Below, one piece after another: positions 24,810 to 37,600 of a DNA stretch of 64,000 nt; positions within the stretch are counted from its first letter, which is position 1, and each line of letters opens with the position of its first letter. Location of the stretch: assembly GCF_009914755.1 (NCBI RefSeq), contig NC_060926.1; one strand, 5' to 3'. Origin of the DNA: the human T2T-CHM13v2.0 reference genome, Homo sapiens. The translations under genes and the position numbers were made by a program. Under the pieces are notes generated by a model. That model did no database searches, was not told the DNA's origin, and saw only the letters and a list, made by a program, of their open reading frames with translations.

Positions 24810-27800
24810 GAGTTGAACCTTCCTTTGAGAGAGCAGTTTTGAAACACTCTTTTTGTGGAATCTGCAAGTGGATATTTGTCTAGCTTTGAGGATTTCGTTG
24901 GAAACGGGATTGTCTTCATATAAACTCTAGACAGAAGCATTCTCAGAAGCTTCATTGGGATGTTTCAATTGAAGTCACAGTGTTGAACAGTTCCTTTCAT
25001 AGAACAGGTTTGAAACACTCTTTTTGTAGTATCTGGAAGTGGACATTTGGAGCGCTCTCAGGACTATGGTGAAAAAGGAAATATCTTCCAATAAAAGCTA
25101 CATAGAAGCAATGTCAGAAACTTTTTCATGATGTATCTACTCAGCTAACAGAGTTGAACCTTTCCTTTGAGAGAGCAGTTTTGAAACACTCTTTTTGTGG
25201 AATCTGCAGGTGGATATTTGTCTAGCTTTGAGGATTTCGTTGGAAACGGGATTACATATAAAAAGCAGACAGCAGCATTCCCAGTAACTTCTTTGTGATG
25301 TTTGCATTCAAGTCACAGAGTTGAACATTGCCTTTCATAGAGCAGGTTTCAAACACTCTTTTTGTAGTATCTGGATGTGGACATTTGGAGCGCTTTCAGG
25401 CCTATGGTGAAAAAGGAAATATCTTCCCCTGAAAACTAGACAGAAGCATTCTCAGAATCTTATTTGTGATGTGCGCCCTCAACTAACAGTGTTGAAGCTT
25501 TCTTTTGATAGAGCAGTTTTGAAACACTCTTTTTGTAAAATCTGCAAGAGGATATTTGGATAGCTTTGAGGATTTCGTTGGAAACGGGATTGTCTTCATA
25601 TAAACTCTAGACAGAAGCATTCTCAGAAGCTTCATTGGGATGTTTCAATTGAAGTCACAGTGTTGAACAGTCCCTTTCATAAAGCAGGTTTCAAACACTC
25701 TTTTTGTAGTATCTGGATGTGGACATTTGGAGCGCTTTCAGGCCTATGGTTTAAAAGGAAATATCTTCCCCTGAAAACTAGACAGAAGCATTCTCAGAAA
25801 CTTATTTGTGATGTGCGCCCTCAACTAACAGTGTTGAAGCATTCTTTTGATAGAGCAGTTTTGAAACACTCTTTTTGTGGAATCTGCAAGTGGATATTTG
25901 TCTAGCTTTGAGGATTTCGTTGGAAACGGGATTACATATGAAAAGCAGACAGCAGCATTCCCAGAAACTTCTTTGTGATGTTTGCATTCAAGTCACAGAG
26001 TTGAACATTCCCTTTCATAGAGCAGGTTTGAAACACTCTTTTTGTAGTATCTGGATGTGGACATTTGGAGCGCTTTCAGGCCTATGGTGAAAAAGGAAAT
26101 ATCTTCCCCTGAAAACTAGACAGAAGCATTCTCAGAAACTTATTTGTGATGTGCGCCCTCAACTAACAGTGTTGAAGCTTTCTTTTGATAGAGCAGTTTT
26201 GAAACACTCTTTTTGTAATATCTGCAAGAGGATAATTGGATAGCTTTGAGGATTTCGTTGGAAACGGGATTAATTATAAAAAGCAGACAGCAGCATTCCC
26301 AGAATCTTGTTTGTGATGTTTGCATTCAAGTCACAGAGTTGAACATTCCCTTTCAGAGAGCAGGTTTGAAACACTCTTTTTATAGTATCTGGATGTGGAC
26401 ATTTGGAGCGCTTTCAGGCCTATGGTGAAAAAGGAAATATCTTCTCCTGAAAACTAGACAGAAGCATTCTCAGAATCTTATTTGTGATGTGCGCCCTCAA
26501 CTAACAGTGTTGAAGCTTTCTTTTGATAGAGCAGTTTTGAAACACTCTTTTCGTAAAATCTGCAAGAGGATATTTTGATAGCTTTGAGGATTTCGTTGGA
26601 AACGGGATTGTCTTCATATAAACTCTAGACAGAAGCATTCTCAGAAGCTTCATTGGGATGTTTCAATTGAAGTCACAGTGTTGAACAGTCCCTTTCATAG
26701 AGCAGGTTTGAAACACTCTTTTTGTAGTATCTGGAAGTGGACATTTGGAGAGATCTCAGGAATACGGTGATAAAGGAAATATCTTCCAATAAAAGCTAGA
26801 TAGAAGCAATGTCAGAAACTTTTTCATGATGTATCTACTCAGCTAACAGAGTTGAACCTTTCTTTTGAGAGAGCAGTTTTGAAACACTCTTTTTGTGGAA
26901 TCTGCAAGTGGATATTTGTCTAGCTTTGAGGATTTCGTTGGAAACGGGATTACATATAAAAAGCAGACAGCAGCATTCCCAGTAACTTCTTTGTGAGGTT
27001 TGCATTCAAGTGACAGAGTTGAACATTCCCTTTCATGGAGCAGGTTTGAAACACTCTTTTTGTAGTATCTGGATGTGGACATTTGGAGCGCTTTCAGGCC
27101 TATGGTGAAAAAGGAAATATCTTCCAATAAAAGCTACATAGAAGCAATGTCAGAAACTTTTTCATGATGTATCTACTCAGCTAACAGAGTTGAACCTTTC
27201 TTTTGAGAGAGCAGTTTTGAAACACTCTTTTTGTGGAATCTGGAAGTGGATATTTGTCTAGCTTTGAGGATTTCGTTGGAAACGGGATTACATATAAAAA
27301 GCAGACAGCAGCATTCCCAGTAACTTCTTTGTGACGTTTGCATTCAAGTCACAGAGTTGAACATTCCCTTTCATAGAGCAGGTTTGAAACACTCTTTTTG
27401 TAGTATCTGGATGTGGACATTTGGAGCGCTTTCAGGCCTATGGTGAAAAAGGAAATATCTTCCCCTGAAAACTAGACAGAAGAATTCTCAGAATCTTATT
27501 TGTGATGTGCGCCATCAACTAACAGTGTTGAAGCTTTCTTTTGATAGAGCAGTTTTGAAACACTCTTTTTGTAAAATCTGCAAGAGGATATTTGGATAGC
27601 TTTGAGGATTTCGTTGGAAACGGGATTGTCTTCATATAAACTCTAGACAGAAGCATTCTCAGAAGCGTCATTGGGATGTTTCAATTGAAGTCACAGTGTT
27701 GAACATTCCCTTTCATAGAGCAGGTTTGAAACACTCTTTTTGTAGTATCTGGATGTGGACATTTGGAGCGCTTTCAGGCCTATGGTTTAAAAGGAAATAT

Positions 27801-30800
27801 CTTCCCCTGAAAACTAGACAGAAGCATTCTCAGAAACTTATTTGTGATGTGCGCCCTCAACTAACAGTGTTGAAGCATTCTTTTGATAGAGCAGTTTTGA
27901 AACACTCTTTTTGTGGAATCTGCAAGTGGATATTTGTCTAGCTTTGAGGATTTCGTTGGAAACGGGATTACATATAAAAAGCAGACAGCAGCATTCCCAG
28001 TAACTTCTTTGTGATGTTTGCATTCAAGTCAGAGAGCTGAACATTCCCTTTCATAGAGCAGGTTTGAAACACTCTTTTTGAAGTATCTGGTTGTGGACAT
28101 TTGGAGCGCTTTGTGGCCTATGGTGAAAAAGGAAATATCTTCCCCTGAAAACTAGACAGAAGCATTCTCAGAAACTTATTTGTGATGTGCGCCCTCAACT
28201 AACAGTGTTGAACCTTTCTTTTGATAGAGCAGTTTTGAAACACTCTTTTTGTAATATCTGCAAGAGGATATTTGGATAGCTTTGAGGATTTCGTTGGAAA
28301 CGGGATTGTCTTCATATAAACTCTAGACAGAAGCATTCTCAGAAGCTTCATTGGGATGTTTCAATTGAAGTCACAGTGTTGAACAGTCCCTTTCATAGAG
28401 CAGGTTTGAAACACTCTTTTTGTAGTATCTGGAAGTGGACATTTGGAGCGCTCTCAGGACTACGATGATAAAGGAAATATCTTCCAATAAAAGCTAGATA
28501 GAAGCAATGTCAGAAACTTTTTCATGATGTATCTACTCAGCTAACAGAGTTGAACCTTTCTTTTGAGAGAGCAGTTTTGAAACACTCTTTTTGTGGAATC
28601 TGCAAGTGGATATTTGTCTAGCTTTGAGGATTTCGTTGGAAACGGGATTACATATAAAAAGCAGACAGCAGCATTCCCAGAATCTTCTTTGTGATGTTTG
28701 CATTCAAGTCACAGAGTTGAACATTCCCTTTCATAGAGCAGGTTTGAAACACTCTTTTTGTAGTATCTGGATGTGGACATTTGGAGCGCTTTCAGGCCTA
28801 TGGTGAAAAAGGAAATATCTTCCCCTGAAAACTAGACAGAAGCATTCTCAGAATCTTATTTGTGATGTGCGCCCTCAACTAACAGTGTTGAAGCTTTCTT
28901 TTGATAGAGCAGTTTTGAAACACTCTTTTTGTAAAATCTGCAAGAGGATATTTGGATAGCTTTGAGGATTTCGTTGGAAACGGGATTGTCTTCATATAAA
29001 CTCTAGACAGAAGCATTCTCAGAAGCTTCATTGGGATGTTTCAATTGAAGTCACAGTGTTGAACAGTCCCTTTCATAGAGCAGGTTTGAAACACTCTTTT
29101 TGTAGTATCTGGAAGTGGACATTTGGAGCGCTCTCAGGACTGCGGTGAAAAAGGAAATATCTTCCAATAAAAGCTACATAGAAGCAATGTCAGAAACTTT
29201 TTCATGATGTATCTACTCAGCTAACAGAGTTGAACCTTCATTTGAGAGAGCAGTTTTGAAACACTCGTTTTGTGGAATCTGCAAGTGGATATTTGTCTAG
29301 CTTTGAGGATTTCGTTGGAAACGGGATTACATATAAAAAGCAGACAGCAGCATTCCCAGAAACTTCTTTGTGATGTTTGCATTCAAGTCAGAGAGTTGAA
29401 CATTCCCTTTCATAGAGCAGGTTTGAAACACTCTTTTTGTAGTATCTGGATGTGTACATTTGCAGCGCTTTCAGGCCTAAGGTGAAAAAGGAAATATCTT
29501 CCCCTGAAAACTAGACAGAAGCATTCTCAGAAACTTATTTGTGATGTGCGCCCTCAACTAACAGTGTTCAAGCTTTCTTTTGATAGAGCAGTTTTGAAAC
29601 ACTCTTTTTGTAATATCTGCAAGAGGATATTTGGATAGCTTTGAGGATTTCGTTGGAAACGGGTTTGTCTTCATATAAATTCTAGACAGAAGCATTCTCA
29701 GAAGCTTCATTGGGATGTTTCAATTGAAGTCACAGTGTTGAACAGTTCCTTTCATAGAACAGGTTTGAAACACTCTTTTTGTAGTATCTGGAAGTGGACA
29801 TTTGGAGCGCTCTCAGGACTATGGTGAAAAAGGAAATATCTTCCAATAAAAGCTACATAGAAGCAATGTCAGAAACTTTTTCATGATGTATCTACTCAGC
29901 TAACAGAGTTGAACCTTTCCTTTGAGAGAGCAGTTTTGAAACACTCTTTTTGTGGAATCTGCAAGTGGATATTTGTCTAGCTTTGAGGATTTCGTTGGAA
30001 ACGGGATTACATATAAAAAGCAGACAGCAGCATTCCCAGTAACTTCTTTGTGATGTTTGCATTCAAGTCACAGAGTTGAATATTCCCTTTCATAGAGCAG
30101 GTTTGAAACACTCTTTTTGTAGCATCTGGATGTGGACATTTGGAGCGCTTTCAGGCCTATGGTGAAAAAGGAAATATCTTCCCCTGAAAACTAGACAGAA
30201 GCATTCTCAGAAACTTATTTGTGATGTGCGCCCTCAACTAACAGTGTTGAACCTTTCTTTTGATAGAGCAGTTTTGAAACACTCTTTTTGTAATATCTGC
30301 AAGAGGATATTTGGATAGCTTTGAGGATTTCGTTGGAAACGTGATTACATATAAAAAGCAGACAGCAGCATTCCCAGAAACTTCTTTGTGATGTTTGCAT
30401 TCAAGTCACAGAGTTGAACATTCCCTTTCATAGAGCAGGTTTGAAACACTCTTTTTGTAGTATCTGGATGTGGACATTTGCAGCGCTTTCAGGCCTAAGG
30501 TGAAAAAGGAAATATCTTCCCCTGAAAACTAGACAGAAGCATTCTCAGAAACTTATTTGTGATGTGCGCCCTCAACTAACAGTGTTGAACCTTTCTTTTG
30601 ATAGAGCAGTTTGGAAACACTCTTTTTGTAATATCTGCAAGAGGATATTTGGATAGCTTTGAGGATTTCGTTGGAAACGGGATTGTCTTCATATAAACTC
30701 TAGACAGAAGCATTCTCAGAAGCTTCATTGTGATGTTTCAATTGAAGTCACAGTGTTGAACAGTCCCTTTCATAGAGCAGGTTTGAAACACTCTTTTTGT

Positions 30801-31800
30801 AGTATCTGGATGTGGACATTTGGAGCGCTTTCAGGCCTATGGTTTAAAAGGAAATATCTTCCCCTGAAAACTAGACAGAAGCATTCTCAGAAACTTATTT
30901 GTGATGTGCGCCCTCAACTAACAGTGTTGAAGCATTCTTTTGATAGAGCAGTTTTGAAACACTCTTTTTGTGGAATCTGCAAGTGGATATTTGTCTAGCT
31001 TTGAGGATTTCGTTGGAAACGGGATTAATTATAAAAAGCAGACAGCAGCATTCCCAGAATCTTGTTTGTGATGTTTGCATTCAAGTCACAGAGTTGAACA
31101 TTCCCTTTCAGAGAGCAGGTTTGAAACACTCTTTTTATAGTATCTGGATGTGGACATTTGGAGCGCTTTCAGGCCTATGATGAAAAAGGAAATATCTTCT
31201 CCTGAAAACTAGACAGAAGCATTCTCAGAATCTTATTTGTGATGTGCGCCCTCAACTAACAGTGTTGAAGCTTTCTTTTGATAGAGCAGTTTTGAAACAC
31301 TCTTTTCGTAAAATCTGCAAGAGGATATTTGGATAGCTTTGAGGATTTCGTTGGAAACGGGATTGTCTTCATATAAACTCTAGACAGAAGCATTCTCAGA
31401 AGCTTCATTGGGATGTTTCAAATGAAGTCACAGTGTTGAACAGTCCCTTTCATAGAGCAGGTTTGAAACACTCTTTTTGTAGTATCTGGAAGTGGACATT
31501 TGGAGAGATCTCAGGAATACGGTGATAAAGGTAATATCTTCCAATAAAAGCTAGATAGAAGCAATGTCAGAAACTTTTTCATGATGTATCTACTCAGCTA
31601 AGAGAGTTGAACCTTTCTTTTGAGAGAGCAGTTTTGAAACACTCTTTTTGTGGAATCTGCAAGTGGATATTTGTCTAGCTTTGAGGATTTCGTTGGAAAC
31701 GGGATTACATATAAAAAGCAGACAGCAGCATTCCCAGTAACTTCTTTGTGATGTTTGCATTCAAGTCACAGAGTTGAACATTCCCTTTCATAGAGCAGGT
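24810..31800 (+). repeat. ~7-kb block with a sister copy at ~40443-46415 that lacks 1018 bp
   Basis: Offset is 15633 on the left (25660/41293) and 14615 on the right (28591/43206, 29270/43885, 30968/45583). Both copies share tctgcaggtgg (25209/40842). Confidence 0.85.
30328..30344 (+). promoter_or_regulatory. Disrupted CENP-B box (CGGG to CGTG)
   Basis: TTTCGTTGGAAACGTGA; homologous boxes in sister blocks (~3832, ~44943) are intact. Confidence 0.88.
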
Positions 31801-34661
31801 TTGAAACACTCTTTTTGTAGTATCTGGATGTGGACATTTGCAGCGCTTTCAGGCCTAAGGTGAAAAAGGAAATATCTTCCCCTGAAAACTAGACAGAAGC
31901 ATTCTCAGAAACTTATTTGTGATGTGCGCCCTCAACTAACAGTGTTGAAGCTTTCTTTTGATAGAGCAGTTTTGAAACACTCTTTTTGTAATATCTGCAA
32001 GAGGATATTTGGATAGCTTTGAGGATTTCGTTGGAAACGGGATTGTCTTCATATAAACTCTAGACAGAAGCATTCTCAGAAGCTTCGTTGGGATGTTTCA
32101 ATTGAAGTCACAGTGTTGAACAGTTCCTTTCATAGAACAGGTTTGAAACACTCTTTTTGTAGTATCTGGAAGTGGACATTTGGAGCGCTCTCAGGACTGC
32201 GGTGAAAAAGGATATATCTTCCAATAAAAGCTAGATAGAAGCAATGTCAGAAACTTTTTCATGATGTATCTACTCAGCTAACAGAGTTGAACCTTTCCTT
32301 TGAGAGAGCAGTTTTGAAACACTCTTTTTGTGGAATCTGCAAGTGGATATTTGTCTAGCTTTGAGGATTTCGTTGGAAACGGGATTACATATAAAAAGCA
32401 GACAGCAGCATTCCCAGAAACTTCTTTGTGATGTTTGCATTCACGTCACAGAGTTGAACATTCCCTTTCATAGAGCAGGTTTGAAACACTCTTTTTGTAG
32501 TATCTGGATGTGGACATTTGGAGCGCTTTCAGGCCTATGGTGAAAAAGGAAATATCTTCCCCTGAAAACTAGACAGAAGCATTCTCAGAAACTTATTTGT
32601 GATGTGCGCCCTCAACTAACAGTGTTGAACCTTTCTTTTGATAGAGCAGTTTTGAAACACTCTTTTTGTAATATCTGCAAGAGGATATTTGGATAGCTTT
32701 GAGGATTTCGTTGGAAACGGGATTAATTATAAAAAGCAGACAGCAGCATTCCCAGAATCTTGTTTGTGATGTTTGCATTCAAGTCACAGAGTTGAACATT
32801 CCCTTTCAGAGAGCAGGTTTGAAACACTCTTTTTATAGTATCTGGATGTGGACATTTGGAGCGCTTTCAGGCCTATGGTGAAAAAGGAAATATCTTCTCC
32901 TGAAAACTAGACAGAAGCTTTCTCAGAATCTTATTTGTGATGTGCGCCCTCAACTAACAGTGTTGAAGCTTTCTTTTGATAGAGCAGTTTTGAAACACTC
33001 TTTTCGTAAAATCTGCAAGAGGATATTTTGATAGCTTTGAGGATTTCGTTGGAAACGGGATTGTCTTCATATAAACTCTAGACAGAAGCATTCTCAGAAG
33101 CTTCATTGGGATGTTTCAATTGAAGTCACAGTGTTGAACAGTCCCTTTCATAGAGCAGGTTTGAAACACTCTTTTTGTAGTATCTGGAAGTGGACATTTG
33201 GAGAGATCTCAGGAATAAGGTGATAAAGGAAATATCTTCCAATAAAAGCTAGATAGAAGCAATGTCAGAAACTTTTTCATGATGTATCTACTCAGCTAAC
33301 AGAGTTGAACGTTTCTTTTGAGAGAGCAGTTTTGAAACACTCTTTTTGTGGAATCTGCAAGTGGATATTTGTCTAGCTTTGAGGATTTCGTTGGAAACGG
33401 GATTACATATAAAAAGCAGACAGCAGCATTCCCAGTAACTTCTTTGTGATGTTTGCATTCAAGTCACAGAGTTGAACATTCCCTTTCATAGAGCAGGTTT
33501 GAAACACTTTTTTTGTAGTATCTGGATGTGGACATTTGGAGCGCTTTCAGGCCTATGGTGAAAAAGGAAATATCTTCCAATAAAAGCTACATAGAAGCAA
33601 TGTCAGAAACTTTTTCATGATGTATCTACTCAGCTAACAGAGTTGAACCTTTCTTTTGAGAGAGCAGTTTTGAAACACTCTTTTTGTGGAATCTGGAAGT
33701 GGATATTTGTCTAGCTTTGAGGATTTCGTTGGAAACGGGATTACATATAAAAAGCAGACAGCAGCATTCCCAGTAACTTCTTTGTGATGTTTGCATTCAA
33801 GTCACAGAGTTGAACATTCCCTTTCATAGAGCAGGTTTGAAACACTCTTTTTGTAGTATCTGGATGTGGACATTTGGAGCGCTTTCAGGCCTATGGTTTA
33901 AAAGGAAGTATCTTCCCCTGAAAACTAGACAGAAGCATTCTCAGAAACTTATTTGTGATGTGCGCCTTCAACTAACAGTGTTGAAGCATTCTTTTGATAG
34001 AGCAGTTTTGAAACACTCTTTTTGTGGAATCTGCAAGTGGATATTTGTCTAGCTTTGAGGATTTCGTTGGAAACGGGATTACATATAAAAAGCAGACAGC
34101 AGCATTCCCAGAAACTTCTTTGTGATGTTTGCATTCAAGTCACAGAGTTGAACATTCCCTTTCAGAGAGCAGGTCTGAAACACTCTTTTTGTAGTATCTG
34201 GATGTGGACATTTGGAGCGCTTTCAGGCCTATGGTGAAAAAGGAAATATCTTCCCCTGAAAACTAGACAGAAGCATTCTCAGAATCTTATTTGTGATGTG
34301 CGCCCTCAAGTAACAGTGTTGAAGCTTTCTTTTGATAGAGCAGTTTTGAAACACTCTTTTTGTAAAATCTGCAAGAGGATATTTGGATAGCTTTGAGGAT
34401 TTCGTTGGAAACGGGATTGTCTTCATATAAACTCTAGACAGAAGCATTCTCAGAAGCTTCATTGGGATGTTTCAATTGAAGTCACAGTGTTGAACAGTCC
34501 CTTTCATAGAGCAGGTTTGAAACACTCTTTTTGTAGTATCTGGAAGTGGACATTTGGAGCGCTCTCAGGACTGCGGTGAAAAAGGAACTATCTTCCAATA
34601 AAAGCTAGATAGAAGCAATGTCAGAAACTTTTTCATGATGTATCTACTCAGCTAACAGAGT

Positions 34662-34671
34662 TGAACTGAAC
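34662..34671 (+). other. 5-bp micro tandem duplication (TGAAC x2)
   Basis: gagttgaactgaaccttcc versus gagttgaaccttcc in sister monomers. Confidence 0.92.
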
Positions 34672-37600
34672 CTTCCTTTGAGAGAGCAGTTTTGAAACAC
34701 TCTTTTTGTGGAATCTGCAAGTGGATATTTGTCTAGCTTTGAGGATTTCGTTGGAAACGGGATTGTCTTCATATAAACTCTAGACAGAAGCATTCTCAGA
34801 AGCTTCATTGGGATGTTACAATTGAAGTCACAGTGTTGAACAGTTCCTTTCATAGAACAGGTTTGAAACACTCTTTTTGTAGTATCTGGAAGTGGACATT
34901 TGGAGCGCTCTCAGGACTACGGTGAAAAAGGAAATATCTTCCAATAAAAGCTACATAGAAGCAATGTCAGAAACTTTTTCATGATGTATCTACTCAGCTA
35001 ACAGAGTTGAACCTTTCCTTTGAGAGAGCAGTTTTGAAACACTCTTTTTGTGGAATCTGCAAGTGGATATTTGTCTAGCTTTGAGGATTTCGTTGGAAAC
35101 GGGATTACATATAAAAAGCAGACAGCAGCATTCCCAGAATCTTCTTTGTGATGTTTGCATTCAAGTCACAGAGTTGAACATTCCCTTTCATAGAGCAGGT
35201 TTGAAACACTCTTTTTGTAGTATCTGGATGTGGACATTTGGAGCGCTTTCAGGCCTATGGTGAAAAAGGAAATATCTTCCCCTGAAAACTAGACAGAAGC
35301 ATTCTCAGAATCTTATTTGTGATGTGCGCCCTCAACTAACAGTGTTGAAGCTTTCTTTTGATAGAGCAGTTTTGAAACACTCTTTTTGTAAAATCTGCAA
35401 GAGGATATTTGGATAGCTTTGAGGATTTCGTTGGAAACGGGATTGTCTTCATATAAACTCTAGACAGAAGCATTCTCAGAAGCTTCATTGGGATGTTTCA
35501 ATTGAAGTCACAGTGTTGAACAGTCCCTTTCATAGAGCAGGTTTGAAACACTCTTTTTGTAGTATCTGGAAGTGGACATTTGGAACGCTTTCAGGACTGC
35601 GGTGAAAAAGGAAATAACTTCCAATAAAAGCTACATAGAAGCAATGTCAGAAACTTTTTCATGATGTATCTACTCAGCTAACAGAGTTGAACCTTTCTTT
35701 TGAGAGAGCAGTTTTGAAACACTCTTTTTGTAAAATCTGCAAGAGGATATTTGGATAGCTTTGAGGATTTCGTTGGAAACGGGATTGTCTTCATATAAAC
35801 TCTAGACAGAAGCATTCTCAGAAGCGTCATTGGGATGTTTCAATTGAAGTCACAGTGTTGAACAGTCCCTTTCATAGAGCAGGTTTGAAACACTCTTTTT
35901 GTAGTATCTGGATGTGGACATTTGGAGCGCTTTCAGGCCTATGGTTTAAAAGGAAATATCTTCCCCTGAAAACTAGACAGAAGCATTCTCAGAAACTTAT
36001 TTGTGATGTGCGCCTTCAATTAACAGTGTTGAAGCATTCTTTTGATAGAGCAGTTTTGAAACACTCTTTTTGTGGAATCTGCAAGTGGATATTTGTCTAG
36101 CTTTGAGGATTTCGTTGGAAACGGGATTACATATAAAAAGCAGACAGCAGCATTCCCAGAAACTTCTTTGTGATGTTTGCATTCAAGTCACAGAGTTGAA
36201 CATTCCCTTTCAGAGAGCAGGTTTGAAACACTCTTTTTGTAGTATCTGGATGTGGACATTTGGAGCGCTTTCAGCCCTATGGTGAAAAAGGAAATATCTT
36301 CCCCTGAAAACTAGACAGAAGCATTCTCAGAATCTTATTTGTGATGTGCGCCCTCAACTAACAGTGTTGAAGCTTTCTTTTGATAGAGCAGTTTTGAAAC
36401 ACTCTTTTTGTAAAATCTGCAAGAGGATATTTGGATAGCTTTGAGGATTTCGTTGGAAACGGGATTGTCTTCATATAAACTCTAGACAGAAGCATTCTCA
36501 GAAGCTTCATTGGGATGTTTCAATTGAAGTCACAGTGTTGAACAGTCCCTTTCATAGAGCAGGTTTGAAACACTCTTTTTGTAGTATCTGGAAGTGGACA
36601 TTTGGAGCGCTCTCAGGACTGCGGTGAAAAAGGAACTATCTTCCAATAAAAGCTAGATAGAAGCAATGTCAGAAACTTTTTCATGATGTATCTACTCAGC
36701 TAACAGAGTTGAACCTTCCTTTGAGAGAGCAGTTTTGAAACACTCTTTTCGTGGAATCTGCAAGTGGATATTTGTCTAGCTTTGAGGATTTCGTTGGAAA
36801 CGGGATTACATATAAAAAGCAGACAGCAGCATTCCCAGAAACTTCTTTGTGATGTTTGCATTCAAGTCACAGAGTTGAACATTCCCTTTCATAGAGCAGG
36901 TTTGAAACACTCTTTTTGTAGTATCTGGATGTGGACATTTGCAGCGCTTTCAGGCCTAAGGTGAAAAAGGAAATATCTTCCCCTGAAAACTAGACAGAAG
37001 CATTCTCAGAAACTTATTTGTGATGTGCGCCCTCAACTAACAGTGTTGAAGCTTTCTTTTGATAGAGCAGTTTTGAAACACTCTTTTTGTAATATCTGCA
37101 AGAGGATATTTGGATAGCTTTGAGGATTTCGTTGGAAACGGGATTGTCTTCATATAAACTCTAGACAGAAGCATTCTCAGAAGCTTCATTGGGATGTTTC
37201 AATTGAAGTCACAGTGTTGAACAGTTCCTTTCATAGAACAGGTTTGAAACACTCTTTTTGTAGTATCTGGAAGTGGACATTTGGAGCGCTCTCAGGACTA
37301 CGGTGAAAATGGAAATATCTTACAATAAAAGCTACATAGAAGCAATGTCAGAAACTTTTTCATGATGTATCTACTCAGCTAACAGAGTTGAACCTTTCCT
37401 TTGAGAGAGCAGTTTTGAAACACTCTTTTTCAGGAATCTGCAAGTGGATATTTGTCTAGCTTTGAGGATTTCGTTGGAAACGGGATTACATATAAAAAGC
37501 AGACAGCAGCATTCCCAGAATCTTCTTTGTGATGTTTGCATTCAAGTCACAGAGTTGAACATTCCCTTTCATAGAGCAGGTTTCAAACACTCTTTTTGTA

